The notes: generated by a model not told the origin, from the sequence alone. DNA of 61,749 nt from Negaprion brevirostris (GCA_030324005.1 JARDVH010000163.1:30854103-30915851), one strand, 5' to 3'; counted from the stretch's first letter, positions 37,658 through 51,983 are shown. Made by a program: numbers and translations.

Positions 37658-39394
37658 AACGCTGAACTGTGGCATTTTTGATAATGAGATTTCTGATTGC
37701 AGGATCTTTTTTCGTTCTTTGTTGCTACATTCAAATAAAAGAACCTGGAAGCATCATGAACGCACCTCTCTCTGTGCTTTTAGAGGCAGAAGAAGAAGAT
37801 GAAAGGAAACATCTGAGATACATTCAATTATAAATAGAAACAAAAAGTCCGTATTGAAGCATTCGTATGTACAGCCTCAATTACACCGTGATGGGAATAT
37901 CCAAGGACAATCATCTTGATAGGTTCTGAAAATGCTGGAAAAACTCAGCAGTTGATGGCCAAAGTTGAGCAGATTATCAAGGTTGTGATCTGACCAGGAC
38001 ACTGTGCAGTTCCAAAATGACATCTTCTAATTTAAATTCAGCAGATTGAATGGGATTTACAATCCACATCTTTTTACACAGTGCTGATTTAAGTTTTCGG
38101 GCAGTCTTAACAGTTATACCAGAAGCCAATTGCACCAGGTCCATGTCTGGCTATTTCTGCCTACAGTACCAACAGTTCCTATTTTAGATGGTGGGGCTGG
38201 CATATGGATCACACAGACAAGAAATCCAAACACATCAGGGCCATTTGAAGTGTGATCACCATTTGAGTACTGATCTCAGACAAGTGGCATTTTCACACTA
38301 GGATTCAACCTAAATCCAAAGTGTGAGTGTCACAAATTTATGGAGATGTAAATGTCCTTGAAGAGTGGATAAGGTCTGTTAGTGTCATGATTTGAAATTT
38401 TTAAATCCCCAGCCATTTAAACATGAAAAAAGATGAGTTGTGGCTGTCAGGGTTCAAAACAAATATTGGCTACTGATCTGCCTTGATTGCCAGGCCATCT
38501 GGCTTTGCTTAGAAAAATCATTACGATCTGGTTTTATAGNNNNNNNNNNNNNNNNNNNNNNNNNNNNNNNNNNNNNNNNNNNNNNNNNNNNNNNNNNNNN
38601 NNNNNNNNNNNNNNNNNNNNNNNNNNNNNNNNNNNNNNNGCTCAATAGAATTGTTTGTTGACATTTCCCAAGTGTTATTATTATAGCTGAGCCCATTATA
38701 AATGATTGGATGAGTTTCAAATGCTCCAAAAACATTTAACTCTGCAAGAGGGCTGACTTCATATTTTAAGAAGCTATTAAAGGATTAGCTGCCTTTGATT
38801 CGTTAATGGAAAATAAGTCTATTTTTATAACATAGTCAATACTTGAGGAGATTTAAAATCTTTGAATGCCTATATAAGTGAGATTTTTTGGATCAAGTAT
38901 ATATGATAGAGCTCACCAGATTAATAAATTTTTTGTTCATCTCCATATGGCTCCTGAGGTCTGCCCATTGTCAATACTGCATGAGTGACAATGGAGGAGG
39001 AATAGGAGTATAACACATAGGAGTATGAGGGATCACTGTGAGGGTGGGGACCTGAGCTGACATGGAGGAGGCTTGGGGGCATGGGAGTGAGTGGAGGTGA
39101 GGGAGTGTGAGGGGCTAGGGCTAGAGGGTATAAAGCTTTTAAAACAATTGGGATAAGACCTAAGAGAACAAAAATGACCTTCTAATCAGCCCACTTTAGC
39201 ATTCACCTGTGCCCATAGTTATCGTCAATCTGCTTCTGGACTTGGCAGGCTTAGTTTCTGTTTCTACCTCCCCAGTGTGAAAATTTTGTGTGATGGGGCC
39301 CTTTATAGTGAGAGAGGTCTGGGAAGTTCCCAACTCAAGCTACCTGTCTCAGTAGCAATATGTCTGGCCCACTGTTTACTCTAGCTGGGGTACA

Positions 39395-39672
39395 TTTTCA
39401 GCATAAGAGAATGATTATTTAGGACTGGAGTAAGGAGCAATTCCTTCACTCAAAGGGTTGTGGGAATTTCCTATCCCAGAGGTTGTTGTTGTGTTATAAT
39501 TTATTATCTTTTAAGGATGGGATAGACAGACTTTTGGTTTCTCAGGGAATCGGGGTATATGAAGAGTGAGATGGAAATGAGTTGAAACCAAAAGTCATCC
39601 ATGATTATATTGAATCGTGGAGTAGGCTCGATAGGCCTTAGGGTCTTCTCCTGCTCATATTTCTTATGTTCT
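39395..39672 (+). mobile_element. CR1 3' fragment
   Basis: ttcactcaaagggttgtg (FTQRVV) ... ctcctgctcatatttcttatgttct tail. Confidence 0.8.
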
Positions 39673-39834
39673 CCTATTAATTGTATCTATTCATTATTTT
39701 CCCTACCCTGATCTTATTTGTTGCACATTCTTATGTTTATACCCTCTGTGTTTTCCTACCCTCTGGTTAACATTACCTATATCACTGCCTATATTATTGC
39801 CTTATCCTTTTTCTTTAACTTTGCAAGAATCACC

Positions 39835-41070
39835 TCACATGAACCCTTCCCCACTATTTAGTTTAAAATGTTCCCAATAGCTCTGGTTTCATGATTCAGC
39901 AGAACATTGTCTCAACATTCAGATGAAGACCATCCCAAGGGTACATCTCCTCTTTCTCCAGTGCTGGCATCAATGCCCCATATATTGAAATCCATCTCTC
40001 TCACATCAATCTCTGAGCTCATGGACAAAGCTCTGACCTTATTTACCCAACGCCAATGTGCTCGTGGCTCAAGTGGTATCCAGAGATTGTGGTTCTACCT
40101 TTTAATTTAGTTCCTAGCTCTCATACTCCCTCAGCTGAGTCTCTTTCCTGCTCTTATGTACATCATTGGTACCCACATTGTGATGACTGAATTCTTCCTC
40201 CCCCAGTCCATGTCCTTTTCAGTCCGGAGGAAATGTCCTTAACTTAGGTACTGGGTGGGCAACACAATCTTAAGGACTCATGTTCTTGGCTGCAGAGAAT
40301 AGTGTTCATTCNNNNNNNNNNNNNNNNNNNNNNNNNNNNNNNNNNNNNNNNNNNNNNNNNNNNNNNNNNNNNNNNNNNNNNNNNNNNNNNNNNNNNNNNN
40401 NNNNNNNNNNNNNNNNNNNNNNNNNNNNNNNNNNNNNNNNNNNNNNNNNNNNNNNNNNNNNNNNNNNNNNNNNNNNNNNNNNNNNNNNNNNNNNNNNNNN
40501 NNNNNNNNNNNNNNNNTTCTTACAATCACACCATCCTGTCCCTGACCACAGACCAAACCTAAAGTACCAAGCAAAAGGGATGTGACTGCCTCCTTGAACA
40601 ATGTGTCCAGCTAACTCCACCCGCCCATCTCCTTCCCCCAATGCACCATAATGTCCAAAAGCTCAGACTCAAGCTCATCAACTCAGACCCAAAGTTCCTT
40701 AAGCTGCTGACACTGTATTTGTGGTTACTGTGGATCACACAGGTGTCCACCATCTCCATCTGCTACATGCAGCACATCACACTCCCCACCAAGTTCATTG
40801 TGTTTTTCGTTTCAAGTTTAGAAATACCACTTAACAATCACTTGTCGTTATATATCAAGTTGTTTCACCAGTTAAACTATAAATTTAGTACAACATTTAT
40901 ATCTCCAGTTGCCAAATAAATCTACAGGCCAGTAAATGAATGTCTCAAGACCTGCTCTGCTCTTAAACCCACACACCTGCTGCTGTTCTTTTATCCTCCC
41001 TGCTGGTCTCCTTCTGTTCTCACTCTCACACCTACTGCTTCTCTTTTATCCTTCCTGCTGGTCTCGCTCT
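39835..41070 (-). mobile_element. CR1 5' region: ORF1 (zinc finger/leucine zipper plus SGNH esterase) remnant and 5' UTR
   Basis: Minus strand: VMCCM*QMEMVD..CQQLKELWV*VDELESEL..LDTLFKEAVTS and LCCPPST*VKDISSGL..NVGTNDV. Confidence 0.7.
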
Positions 41071-42366
41071 CATTGAATCATTGTTTCAGAGAGTGCAGAA
41101 GAAGCCCTTTCTCTGAGATGGCTACAATATCGCGATTCCACGTGCCAATTGATGTTTAGCTGACAATAAACATCCAGCCTTGCCAAACCTTCTAGTGAGC
41201 TTGATAGGTCATTCACCAGTCTCCTGCCATTCACCCAGCCTGCCAAAGTGAACGGCACAGGCAGGCTTCATACGCACTATCCACAAGCAGGAACATAATG
41301 TGCCTGGCTCTGAGGATTCAGGGGAGTACCAGAAACCCCATAGAAAAGACGAGCAGCTTCCTTCCCACCCCACAAACCATGCAGGCATGGGAGTAACCCG
41401 CCCAACTCCCCCTCAGCACCCTTCTCCCTCACAGTCCCAAGCTCAGACACCCTTCCCTTCAGACCCCACTCAGCCACCCTTCCCCCCAGAAACCCAACTC
41501 AGGCCCCTNNNNNNNNNNNNNNNNNNNNNNNNNNNNNNNNNNNNNNNNNNNNNNNNNNNNNNNNNNNNNNNNNNNNNNNNNNNNNNNNNNNNNNNNNNNN
41601 NNNNNNNNCCCCCAGAAACCCAACTCAGGCCCCTTTTCCCCTCAAGCCCCCTACTCAGCCCCTATTCAGAAGACACACCCTGGCGGTGCCCTTGATGTAG
41701 TCTGTGCTACCTTGGCACTGACACACTAGGCTGACACCTTAGGCCCTGAAAGGGTTCAAGGAAGTAGTTCCAGTGGCCATTTGACTCCCTGCTGCTGCTA
41801 ATATCCAGAGGAAGGGTCTGTCAGGGGTCCTGGGTTCAAACTGGGATGGGTGTGTCATGGCTGGACTGCCCCTTCTAGCGCTGGCAGCCCTGAAGACTGC
41901 CCCTGGCATGGTGATTTCAGGCAGCCCTTTGATCACCATCTGCATTCCTGCCTGTCAGCTGTGAAAATTCTGAAGTGGCTGGATCACTTCAATCACCATG
42001 GCCCCTGGTAACCTGGCAGGATTTAAAATTATTGCAGCACTCCATTCTACAGCAGAGGTTTTCTGTATCATATAGATTGTGGACAGTTGCTTCCTCACAG
42101 GCTAGCCTTTATTTACCAACTTGAAGAATAAAACCAAATTTTTGCTAAAGGGATTTGACTGTACCTCCACTAAAATGAAGCCAAAAATCTCTTGCACTGC
42201 AAATCCTTCATCAGAAACTTCCAACCTCAATCTCTTCAGTGGACCAGAAGGAAATTATAGACCTGCAATATTTCAAGGCTGCATCTTGACAGGATCAAGA
42301 CCGAGGGTAAAATTTTGGACTTTTAAAACCTAAGTGCATGCCACTTCATTTGTAATCATCCTTTCT

Positions 42367-42445
42367 TGTGTGTCTGTGTGTGTGTGTGTGTGTACGTATG
42401 TGTATGAGTGTGTGTATATGTATGTGTGTAGTGTGTGTGTGCGCA
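42367..42445. repeat. Imperfect (TG)n microsatellite
   Basis: Direct observation. Confidence 0.9.
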
Positions 42446-43837
42446 TGTATTTGCTGTTGTGAATACATTAGGGTATTGAGTGATAAACATTTATTGTTTC
42501 TTCTTTAATGAACAACGAGACCTGTATTTTGCCTGTTGTTGAGAGTTACAGCACTGTAGCAGTCAAGGGTTAAAGCACTTTTGTTCTTTAAAAAAATCAG
42601 CAAAATAAAAAAGGGGGAATCATCCTAGTATCTCTCTCCCGTCTAAAACAGTGTATAATTTTAAAATATTGAAAAAGAAAGAGCCAAATATAGCTTGGAG
42701 CAATTGGAAAACAAGTGATGTGCAATGTAACTGAGACAATAAAAAAGAGTAAGTGTGTGGTACGGTGTGAGGGGGATGGGACTGAGGGATAAAACTTTTA
42801 CCAGCTGCGTCTGCTGCTGTCATTAAAAGAATTTCATTACCCAAGGAGCAGGAGAATCAAAACCAGCAGGCCAGTGCCACAGACAGGAGAAACTAGAAAG
42901 CAGAGATTGATGGAGACCCCCTCCATAGGTCATAGATGCAGAAATACTTCCTGAAAGATCACTGCTCATTGTAATAATTCATTCCATTAGTGTTATCAGC
43001 CGTGTGAAGCAAACTGTTGCCTCGCTGAGAAGAAAATATTACAACGGTATATTTACAAAATGCCAAAGGCTGATTGATTTATGGAGAATACGAGGAAAGG
43101 ACACTTGCCTGGTGAAAAACACATAAAAATTGATAGTAAGACTTGGTATGGCAATGATGTTTTGTTTTCGCAATGTTTTTGGTAGGTTGGAAGTTATAGA
43201 TGAGCATCTACAGTAGATATTTATTGTGGTAAATTGAAAGTGGAGTTCACTCTCATGAGAAGTGAACAAAGGCTAAATGTTTTTAATGGTACAGTATAAA
43301 AGAAAGTTATTTCAGAGATTATATGGACTGCAGAATGTCGGGGGGAATTTTGGTGCCATTTTGCTAAATTGAGGTAACTTCAGTGACAGGTTAGCAAAAC
43401 CCAGGAGAGGGTATAGTCTAAGCGGCTGTTTCTATCACTTACATCATTGTCCTTGGGATTCTGTAGCTCTTCCATTGAAGTGCTCCTGACAACTATTCAC
43501 CTGTGCTCAATCACTCTGCATGTTCTCTCATAACTTACCTTATTTCAATTTCTGAGACCCCTAACCCAGCTCCTTAGTTGAGATTCTCCCTTCTTGCCTG
43601 CCACAGGAATCATAGTAGGTGAGACAGAAAATTCGGCGGACCATTTAAAAGTCCATTGAGCTCAAGCAGGAATTTCCAGTCTTGGGGTGGCGCGGTCGGA
43701 GAATTCCGCTCCATATATTGTTCTCAGTTATCTCTGACCAGTTAGCTAGTCATGGATTCACACTCATGGGAACACTGCAGGTAAAATAGATTACTAAATA
43801 TCACAGTTATCCTCTTTCTTTCAAAATCTCATTACCA

Positions 43838-44133
43838 TTTAAAGTTTATTTATTAGTGTCACAATTAGGCTTACAATAACACTGCAATGAAATTACGGTG
43901 AAAATCCCTTAGTCGCCATCCTCTGGCACCTGTTCGGGTACACTGAGGGAGAATTTAGCATGGCCAATGCACTAGCCAGCACACCCTTTGGACTGTGGGA
44001 GGAAACGAGAGCACCTGGAGGAAATGCATGCAGACACAGGGAGAATGTGCAGATTCTACACAGACAGTGGCCCAAGCCAGAAATTGAAAGTGGGTCCCTG
44101 GAGCTGTGCTAACCACTGTGCCACCATGCTGCC
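43838..44133 (-). mobile_element. V-SINE with alternative tail
   Basis: Antisense of the 17748-18045 type. Confidence 0.88.
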
Positions 44134-44304
44134 CATCTGACCTTTCTAATTCCCTGTCCATGTCAAATTTCAACATGGTGGTTGATCTTATCATTGTTTT
44201 CTTCCACATTCATGGCCATCTGTTCCAAAACCTACTACATCCTGGCATTATCCTGTTTATTGCTCCAAGATGGTCCTGGCCAAAATCACAAATTACACCA
44301 ATGC

Positions 44305-44437
44305 CAAAACAAAGTATTTTGAATTCTGGAAATCTGAAATGAAAATAGTAAATGTGGAAACTACTCAGCAGATCTGGCAGCATTTGAGGAGAGAGTTACA
44401 GAGGAACACTTCAGGTTGATGAACTTTCATCAGTTCT
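44305..44437 (-). mobile_element. Old Penelope-like pLTR (family 2-related) with decayed hammerhead
   Basis: Minus strand agaa-CTGATGA-AAGTT catc AACCT-GAAg-tgtt, followed by ctctcctcaaatgctgccagatctgctgag. Confidence 0.6.
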
Positions 44438-44704
44438 ACTTGTGTGCTTTCTTTGACCTCACTGTCCAGAATTCCCTCACTAAATCCCTCCAAAGCTCTC
44501 CATGTCTCCCGCCTTCTCACAACTCATATACTTGACCAGATTTTCAGTCACCCTTCCTAATCTACTTCCATAACTTAACGTATATTCCATTTTTGAAGCA
44601 CTCTATCTTTTTTTGTAAAAGTGTTATGTGACTAGAAACCCTACTGGATAAAGAACATAAATACTGTGGTTAAAAGAGTAATCAAGGTTAGGAACTCTGA
44701 CTGC

Positions 44705-45195
44705 CCAAAATCATGGCACAATCAAGAGAGTGATGGAATACTCTCCAGTTGTTTGGATGAGTGCAGCTCCAACAATATTCAAGAAGCTCAACACAAATCA
44801 GGACGAAGCAGCCCACTTCTTTTGCACCATCCACCACTTTAAACATTCTCTCCCTTCACCGTCAGCACACAATGCTGCAGGGTATACCAACTACACCAAG
44901 GCTTCTTCAACAACCTTTCCCTGTGCCACCCAAAAGAACAAGAGCAACAGACACATGTGAGCACCATCTTCTGCAAGCTCCCCTCACATTACACACCTTC
45001 CTCACTTGGAATTATATCATTGTTCCTTCACTGCAGCTGGGTCAAAATCCTGGAATCCACTGCCGGTGCACCTTCATCACACATTCTGCAACAGTTCAAG
45101 AACAAATCTCATCACCATCTACTCAAGTGCAATTAGGGATAGACAATAAGGGCAGGGCTTGCCAGTGACACCTACATCCCACAAAAACATAAAAA
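44705..45195 (+). mobile_element. Crack/Zenon-like LINE 3' fragment
   Basis: VMEYSPVVWMSAAPTIFKKLNTNQDEAAH; same family as 20.5-21.6 kb. Confidence 0.8.
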
Positions 45196-45281
45196 TGCAC
45201 ATTCTTGTTTGTAGCTTTATTTTAAAAAAATACTCTTTCAAATTCATTATGCCAAAGTTTCACAGCTTAGGTGAACATATG

Positions 45282-45527
45282 ATGGCACAGTGGTTAGCAT
45301 GACTGCCTCACAGTGCCAGGGGCCCAGGTTCAATTCCTGGCTTGGGTTGCTGTTTGTGTGGATTTTACACATTCTCCCTGNNNNNNNNNNGTCTGGTTTC
45401 CTCCCAGAGTCCCAGAATCCAAAGATGTGAGGCTTAGGTGGATTGACCATGAGAAGTTAGTGTCAGGGGATTAGCAGGGTAAATGTGTTGGTTTACAGGG
45501 ATAGGGCCTGGGTGGGATTGTTTTCGA
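45282..45527 (+). mobile_element. HE1-type V-SINE
   Basis: tggcacagtggttagc / ggttcaattcc head and V-domain. Confidence 0.85.
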
Positions 45528-46407
45528 TGGGTCAAATCTTTACTATATTTGAATGTCGAATTATGCAATTGACCATTTTTGCAATTAACTCAATTACAAA
45601 AATAAAAGTCACAGTTAGAAAATATAAAACATTAGGCAACCATAGGAAGAGGCTAATGCGTATAAAATCAGCGCTGCAGTTGAACTGAAAGTGGGGAGGA
45701 AGCTAAACATTGAAAGGACAGAAAATTGGAAACAATAGTGTTTGGATTTCATTGTTGTGCTTGGATCAGGAGCTCTCTGCTTTATTAAGACAACAGAGAG
45801 AAAATAATCCAGTATAATGGAAATTTGTAGTTTCACAAATAATTACGCTGAAACTAAACATATTCATTACCAACTTAAGTGAGTTCCAGTGCCAGAGAAG
45901 TAAGCTATTAAAAAGTCAGTTATATAACACAATAACTATCTCCACCTAGAATTTCTTCAGGAGTTGTAGGGTGTGGACAGTACAGGGTTGGTGAAACTTA
46001 AAAACTAACTTCAATGGAAGATACTCAAAAATGTTGTTTCCGCCATTTCTTGCGGTTTTCTGCTGCGCTCTCGCTGAAGTTTAATCAGGTGGTCAGCAGG
46101 ATGCTGTAGCAATTCTCCCAGATACCTTTCAGCTCACCGAATCTTCCAAACAACTTGATTTTTTTTAAACAATTACTGTACCATTCGTGCATACTAATGC
46201 ACAGATGTAATCATTTGATTCGAAAGTGAACTCTGAGTACTTCCTAGAAAACCATTATTGCATGAAGGTAAAATAACAGTACAAAGAATATCTGGATATG
46301 CAAATATGCATAGAGATATGGGCCAGATGGAGGGGTAGAGACACGCTGTGAAGGTGCTATAAAANNNNNNNNNNNNNNNNNNNNNNNNNNNNNNNNNNNN
46401 NNNNNNN

Positions 46408-47095
46408 CATCAATCCCATGCCAGCTCTCTGTAAATCAATCCAAACAGTTCTATTCCCCTGCCCTATCCATGTAGCCCTGCAAGTTTATTTCTTTTATGT
46501 GTCCACGCAGTTTCCATTTGAAATCATTGATGAAATCCACTTCCACCACTCCAATAGACAATGAATTGAAGCTTATTACCACTCACTTCGTAAAAATAGT
46601 CTCCCTCACATCCACTCAGAATCTTTGGCCCAAGTACTTAAATCTGGTATCCCCTAGTCTTCGTACCAGCAGTTTCTTTGCTTCAACCAAACTGTAATCA
46701 TCTCCCTATACCTATCAAACCTTCCCTCAATCTCCTTTGATCGAAAGAGCACAGCTCCAGTTTCCCTTACCTAGCCTTGTTAAATCCCTGAACCTTAGAA
46801 CCATTCTGATAAATCTCCACTGCACCTTCTCAAGGACCTTCACAGCTTTCCTAAAGTGCAGTGACAAAGCTGGGTGCAATACTTCAGTTGTGCCTTAATC
46901 AGAATTAATAAAGGTTCAGTATAACTTCTCTGTTTTTGTTCTCAATATTTTTGTTTATGAATCACACGTTCGTACCTGCTTTTCTAACCACTTTCTCATC
47001 TATCCTGCCTCCTTCAAAGATTGACGCGCATACACCATGTTTCCTCTGTCGCTGAACACTCTTGAGAATTGTGTCATTAAATCTACATTTAATAT
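46408..47095 (-). mobile_element. CR1 3' fragment
   Basis: Antisense ORF2 C-terminal region homologous to 760-1190. Confidence 0.8.
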
Positions 47096-47703
47096 ACCTC
47101 ACCTGCTTAACACTGCCAGTGTGCCAGGCTGGCAGTTCCAGGGTGCCCAATTGGTAGTGCCAGGCTGGCAGTGCCAGGGTGCCACGCTGACAGTCCAAGG
47201 GTCAATCCCCCTTGCCCCTGACTTCCTGAGGGTCCTCAAGGGCCTCCAGTCCCACCGGCGAGGCCAATGTGGCAGGTCCGCATTCCATGACAGAAATTAG
47301 GAACTCAAATCCGAGCTTGATTCCAAATTAAGAGATGGGTCAAATTAGAGATTCAAAAAATCACCTGGAAACCAAAAGAGGGAAACTTGGTGACTGAAAC
47401 TTATTTTAAAAAAAGTAATGTATCGCAGCAAATTATTTTAGAACAACATTGTAAATTATATTACAAAGATGGGTATGGAAGAACTAACTAGTGAAACCAT
47501 AGCCTCCATAAATTGGGGAGGATTAAGATTTTTAGCCAGAAAAATACTCAAAAAATGTTCTTCCTGAGGCCCAAAAGCCTGAGGCACTCCTAATACTATT
47601 GGAGATGTTGGACTTCAGTCCAGAATTAATAGAGGAATCAGAACCAAACAATGATTGGAGACTCTGAATTCAAGATAATTGCCCGAGCCACAAAATAGCT
47701 GGT

Positions 47704-49550
47704 ATTTGATTTTGATTTGATTTATTGTCACATGTATTAACATACAGTGAAAAGTATTGTTTCTTACACAATATGCAGACAAAGCATTTCGTTCATAGTG
47801 AAGGAAACGAGAGAGTGCATAATGTAGTGTTACAGTCATAGCTAGGGTATAGAGAAAGATCAACTTAATGCAAGGTAAATCTATTCAAATATCTGACAGC
47901 AGCAGGGAAGAAGCTGTTCTTGAGTTGGCTGGTATGTGATCACAGACTTGTGTATCTTTTTACCGATGGAAGATGATGGAAGAGAGAACATCCAGGGTGC
48001 GTAGGGTCCTTAATTATGTTGGCTGCTCTGCTGAGACAGCAGGAAATGTAGACAAAGTCAATGGATGGGTGGCAGGTTTGTGTGATGGATTGGGCTACAT
48101 TCACAACCTTTTGTAGTTCCTTGCAGTCTTGGGCACAGCAGGAGCCATACCAAGCCGTGATACAACCAGAAAGGATGCTTTCTATGGTGCATCTGTAAAA
48201 ATTGGTGAGAATGGCAGCTGAAAAGCCAAATTTCCTTAGTCTTCTGAAAAAGTGGACTGACATGCCAAATTTACTTAGTCTTCTGAGAAAATTGTAATAT
48301 AACTTACAATGTNNNNNNNNNNNNNNNNNNNNNNNNNNNNNNNNNNNNNNNNNNNNNNNNNNNNNNNNNNNNNNNNNNNNNNNNNNNNNNNNNNNNNNNN
48401 NNNNNNNNNNNNTTCATGCCATGACTAGCCTTTTGAAGCACTTCATAACGATAGATGTCAGAGCCACTGGCCGATAGTCATTAAGGCACACTGCTTGATT
48501 TTTCTTAGGTACCAGGATGATGGTCATCTTCTTGAAACAGATTGGGACCTCATATTGTTGCAAAGATAGATTGAAGATGTTTGCGAATACTCCCACCAGC
48601 TGGTCTGCACAGATACTGGATACCACATCCGGGCCAGTTGCTTTCTGTGGGTTGACCTTCAAGAAAGCTGCTCTGACATCTACAACGATGACCTCAGATA
48701 TATGTTCATCCAGAGCTTCCAGGGTGGAGGGCATGCTCTCGCTGACCTCCTGCTCAAAAAGGGCATAGAATGCATTGAACTCATCAGGGAGGGATGTGTT
48801 GAAGCTGACGATTTTACATGCCTTCATCTTGTAGCCTGTTACATCTTGCAGACCTTGCCACAGTCGGTGGGGGTTGGTGTGGCTACCTTGGGGCTCTAGC
48901 TTGGTCCAGTACTGAATTTTGGCATCTTTGATGGATCTCCTTAGATCTTATCTAGCTTTCTTGTATAGGTCAGTGTGCTTGACTTGGATGCCCCAGACCT
49001 GGATTTCAACAAACAGTGGATTTTCCTGTTCATCCATGGTTTCCGGTTGGGGAACACATGGATTTGCTTCCTTGGCACACAATCTTCTACACATTTACTA
49101 AAGAAGTCAGTTACTATAGTGGAGTACTTGTTCAGGCTGGGTTGCAGAGTTTTTAACTACTGACCAGTCCACTGACTCCAAGTAACCCTGTAGGAGATCA
49201 TCCAATTCCTCAGACCAACATTGCACAAATTTCTTTGTGGGGTTCTCCGCTTCAGCTTTTGCTTGTAAGCCGGGAGCAGGAGCACAGCCTTCTGGTCTGA
49301 TTTGCCAAAGTGTGGGCGGGCGATAATGCTGTGGGTATGTTAGTTATTTGTGTAGCAGTGGTCGAGGATATTTGGGCTTCTGCTGGAACAGGAGACGTGT
49401 TGCTGATAATTTGGTTGACCTGATTGAAGTCTCCGGCTACAATGAACAAGATCTCGGGATGTTTTGTCTCAAGGCTATTTGTAATGGTACATATTTCGTC
49501 CAGCAAGATCTTCATGTCTGCAAATGATGGGATGTAAACTGCCATCAGCA
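47704..49550 (-). mobile_element. Rex1/Babar-type LINE, 5' truncated (APE end, RT, 3' UTR)
   Basis: ORFs 49252-49551 (AVYIP..FIVAGDFNQ), 48414-48827 (KATGPD..LNDYRPVALTSIVMKCFKRLV), 47940-48263 (NFYRCTIESILSGCITAWYG); (atttg)n tail at 47704-47725. Confidence 0.93.
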
Positions 49551-49552
49551 TA

Positions 49553-50000
49553 AGGGGGCAATCTTACCATTGTGCCCCATTGGCCAATGGACGGAGCAAA
49601 CCAGTAAGATCATGAGAGAGCCCAGGTTTATGCCCAATTTCTCGCCTCTTGTGATCTTTCTAGCACTGGATATCCGGCCCATTCAGCCTCGTGCCAGAAA
49701 AGGGTCCAAGGCTGAATATATCATTTAAATGAATTTAAATTCTAGTTTAAATGTAATTACTGAGACCAGAAGTAAATCATCCACAATCACTGGCCTCTGT
49801 GGCCTTGCCGGGGAAGGTTCTTGCCGGTGAGGATCGCGTATGGTCCCCACGAATGGGGATCAGTTGTGATGGTGTCACTGGTAGAACTTGAGACCATTGA
49901 GGTCCCCCTGGGAGGTTGGGGTCAAGGGTGTGCCTCTTGGGCAGCGCCAGCCTAGCATTACCAGGCTGACGTCCTGGCACTACCCACCGGTAAAGGAAAA
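49553..50000. mobile_element. Harbinger-like MITE fragment
   Basis: Starts gggggcaatcttacc (TIR-like), GC-rich body of the same type as 53.7 kb. Confidence 0.5.
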
Positions 50001-50196
50001 AACAATGTGTGGGTGTGAAGATATGCTTATAATAAATGCAGTTCTAGTCTTCCATTTCCAGCACTATCCAAAGCTTTCATTGGTATATCTTGTTCCTTTT
50101 TTCTATTCCCGCGCTGGTGCCATTCCCCATTTAAACTTTTCCCAAGCACATTAATAACATCCCCTCGAGGATATTGGCCCCAGTCCTATTGAGGCA

Positions 50197-50690
50197 GAGC
50201 ATAAGGAATAGGAGCAGGAGTAGGCTATTCAGCCCTTCAAATCCACTCTGCCATTCAATGAGTTCATGGCTGATGTTTTACTTCAATACCATTTTCCTGC
50301 ACTACCTCACATCTCTTAATGTTATTATCATATAGAAATCTATCGACTTCTGTCTAGAACATACTCAGAGACTGAGTCTCCATGGGGTAGAGAATTGCTA
50401 AGATTCATCTTCCACCCTCTGAGTGAAGGAAGTTGTCCTCATCCAGTTCTAAATGGCTTGCCCCTTATCCTGAGACTGTATCCCTGATTCTAGACTGCCA
50501 CCAGCTGGGGGAAACATCCTGCATCTACCCTGTCAAGACCTGCAAGAATTTGGTACGTTTGAATGAGGTTACCGCTCGTTCTTCTAAACCCCAGGAAATA
50601 AAGGCCCAAGCTATTTAACCATCACTCACAGGACAATCCCTCCATCCTAGGAACTAATTTTGCGAACCTTTGTTATACTGATCTCAAAGC
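50197..50690 (-). mobile_element. CR1 3' fragment
   Basis: cataaggaataggagcaggagtaggctattcagccc tail and antisense ORF2 end. Confidence 0.8.
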
Positions 50691-50705
50691 CTCAAGAATC
50701 TAGAA

Positions 50706-50825
50706 TGGGCAGGATTTTCCAGTGGCTTGCATCCCAAGACCAGAAGTTCCTTCCCATGGTTGACAGACTTTTAAATAATCTGTTGTATTTTCTGTCCCTC
50801 CCTTCTGAATGGGAAAATTACACCC
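50706..50825. mobile_element. Short MITE
   Basis: Imperfect TIRs gggcaggattttcc / ggaaaattacaccc; related short elements at 23925-24040, 33710-33835, 43590-43715 and 54515-54652. Confidence 0.5.
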
Positions 50826-51983
50826 ATTATTATACAATAGAAACTTGTGAAATTAAGGTTTGTGAACAATTATGTGTAAAAGAGAATGTGTATACTAGAG
50901 TATATTTACTTTTGAAAATTGCTGAGTTAAAAATATCTAGCAGTTGATTACTTGTGCACAGGGAATGATTGAAGTCAGAGCTATAGAAGTTTAAAGAACT
51001 AAATATACTCCACAGGCAGAATCCTTTGAAGGCCTCATACTCTGTGGCATAAAGTATCTCAAATAGTTCTACAAACATTTCAGGATAGAAAAAAGTCATG
51101 TTCATTTCTAGAACTTTCTAATTTTCTTTTAAATAGGAAAGAACACATCAAGAGGAACAGAAAACCACACTCCAACTATTTTTAACCTCTTCTGAAAGAG
51201 CTTAATACAGACAGCCGTTTGTGCTTTATTGTTCAATGATTCAATTCTAGTAACACAAAGCTCTTGGCATAAATTTATTCATCCTCTATTTTTCACTCTA
51301 AGGAATGGTAAACAAAAGGGCAAAACAAGAACAAGGCTGTTGCATGCCAAAATGAATAACAATATACCATTAAAGTATTGAATATTCCAAAATATTGTTT
51401 GAACATTTTTTTGCTGGTGATCCATTGAACAAAGATGCCTGTGGCCAACGTTTAGGAGTGTGGGGCATCAAACCGACTGCTGAAAAGGCAGGACAAATTT
51501 ATTGCACTAACCAAATGGAACTTTCAACCTAATGCTTGAATAGATGTACACTGTGCGACTTTGTTGGATTACTTTAGTTGCTGGACTTGAATTGGTTTCT
51601 AGAACCATTGGAAAAGCAATAGAAGAATTTTTAGACTTATCCGTTTCAAATGGTTTGAGTTGAGATTTGAAATGTGAATTTCTTCGCCTTCTTATACAGA
51701 TTGGCATCAAATTCTGTTTCGCTTTTAGCTAAGATTGAACAACAGAGAAGCAGATGACTCACTTTTCTATTTTTCCCTAGTTAGCATTAATGTATCTACA
51801 TAATAAAAAGAAACCATGAGAAGAAGAAAAAGTTCTTTCCAAAAAGCTTATTTAATGAGATAGTCTAAATTATAATTAGGCAGGAACTATCATTATGTGG
51901 GTATGCTGGCGTTGGACTGGGGTAAACACAGCAAAAAGTCTGACAACACCAAGTTTTAGTCCAACCGATTTATTTGATAATAA

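Noticed and set aside
41482-41634. Direct repeat cccccagaaacccaactcaggcccct on both sides of a gap
   Set aside because: Probably contig overlap across a 100-N gap or MITE-internal low-complexity repeat
42100-42935. Possible LTR fragment around the TG microsatellite
   Set aside because: Only compositional resemblance; no termini, TSD or second copy
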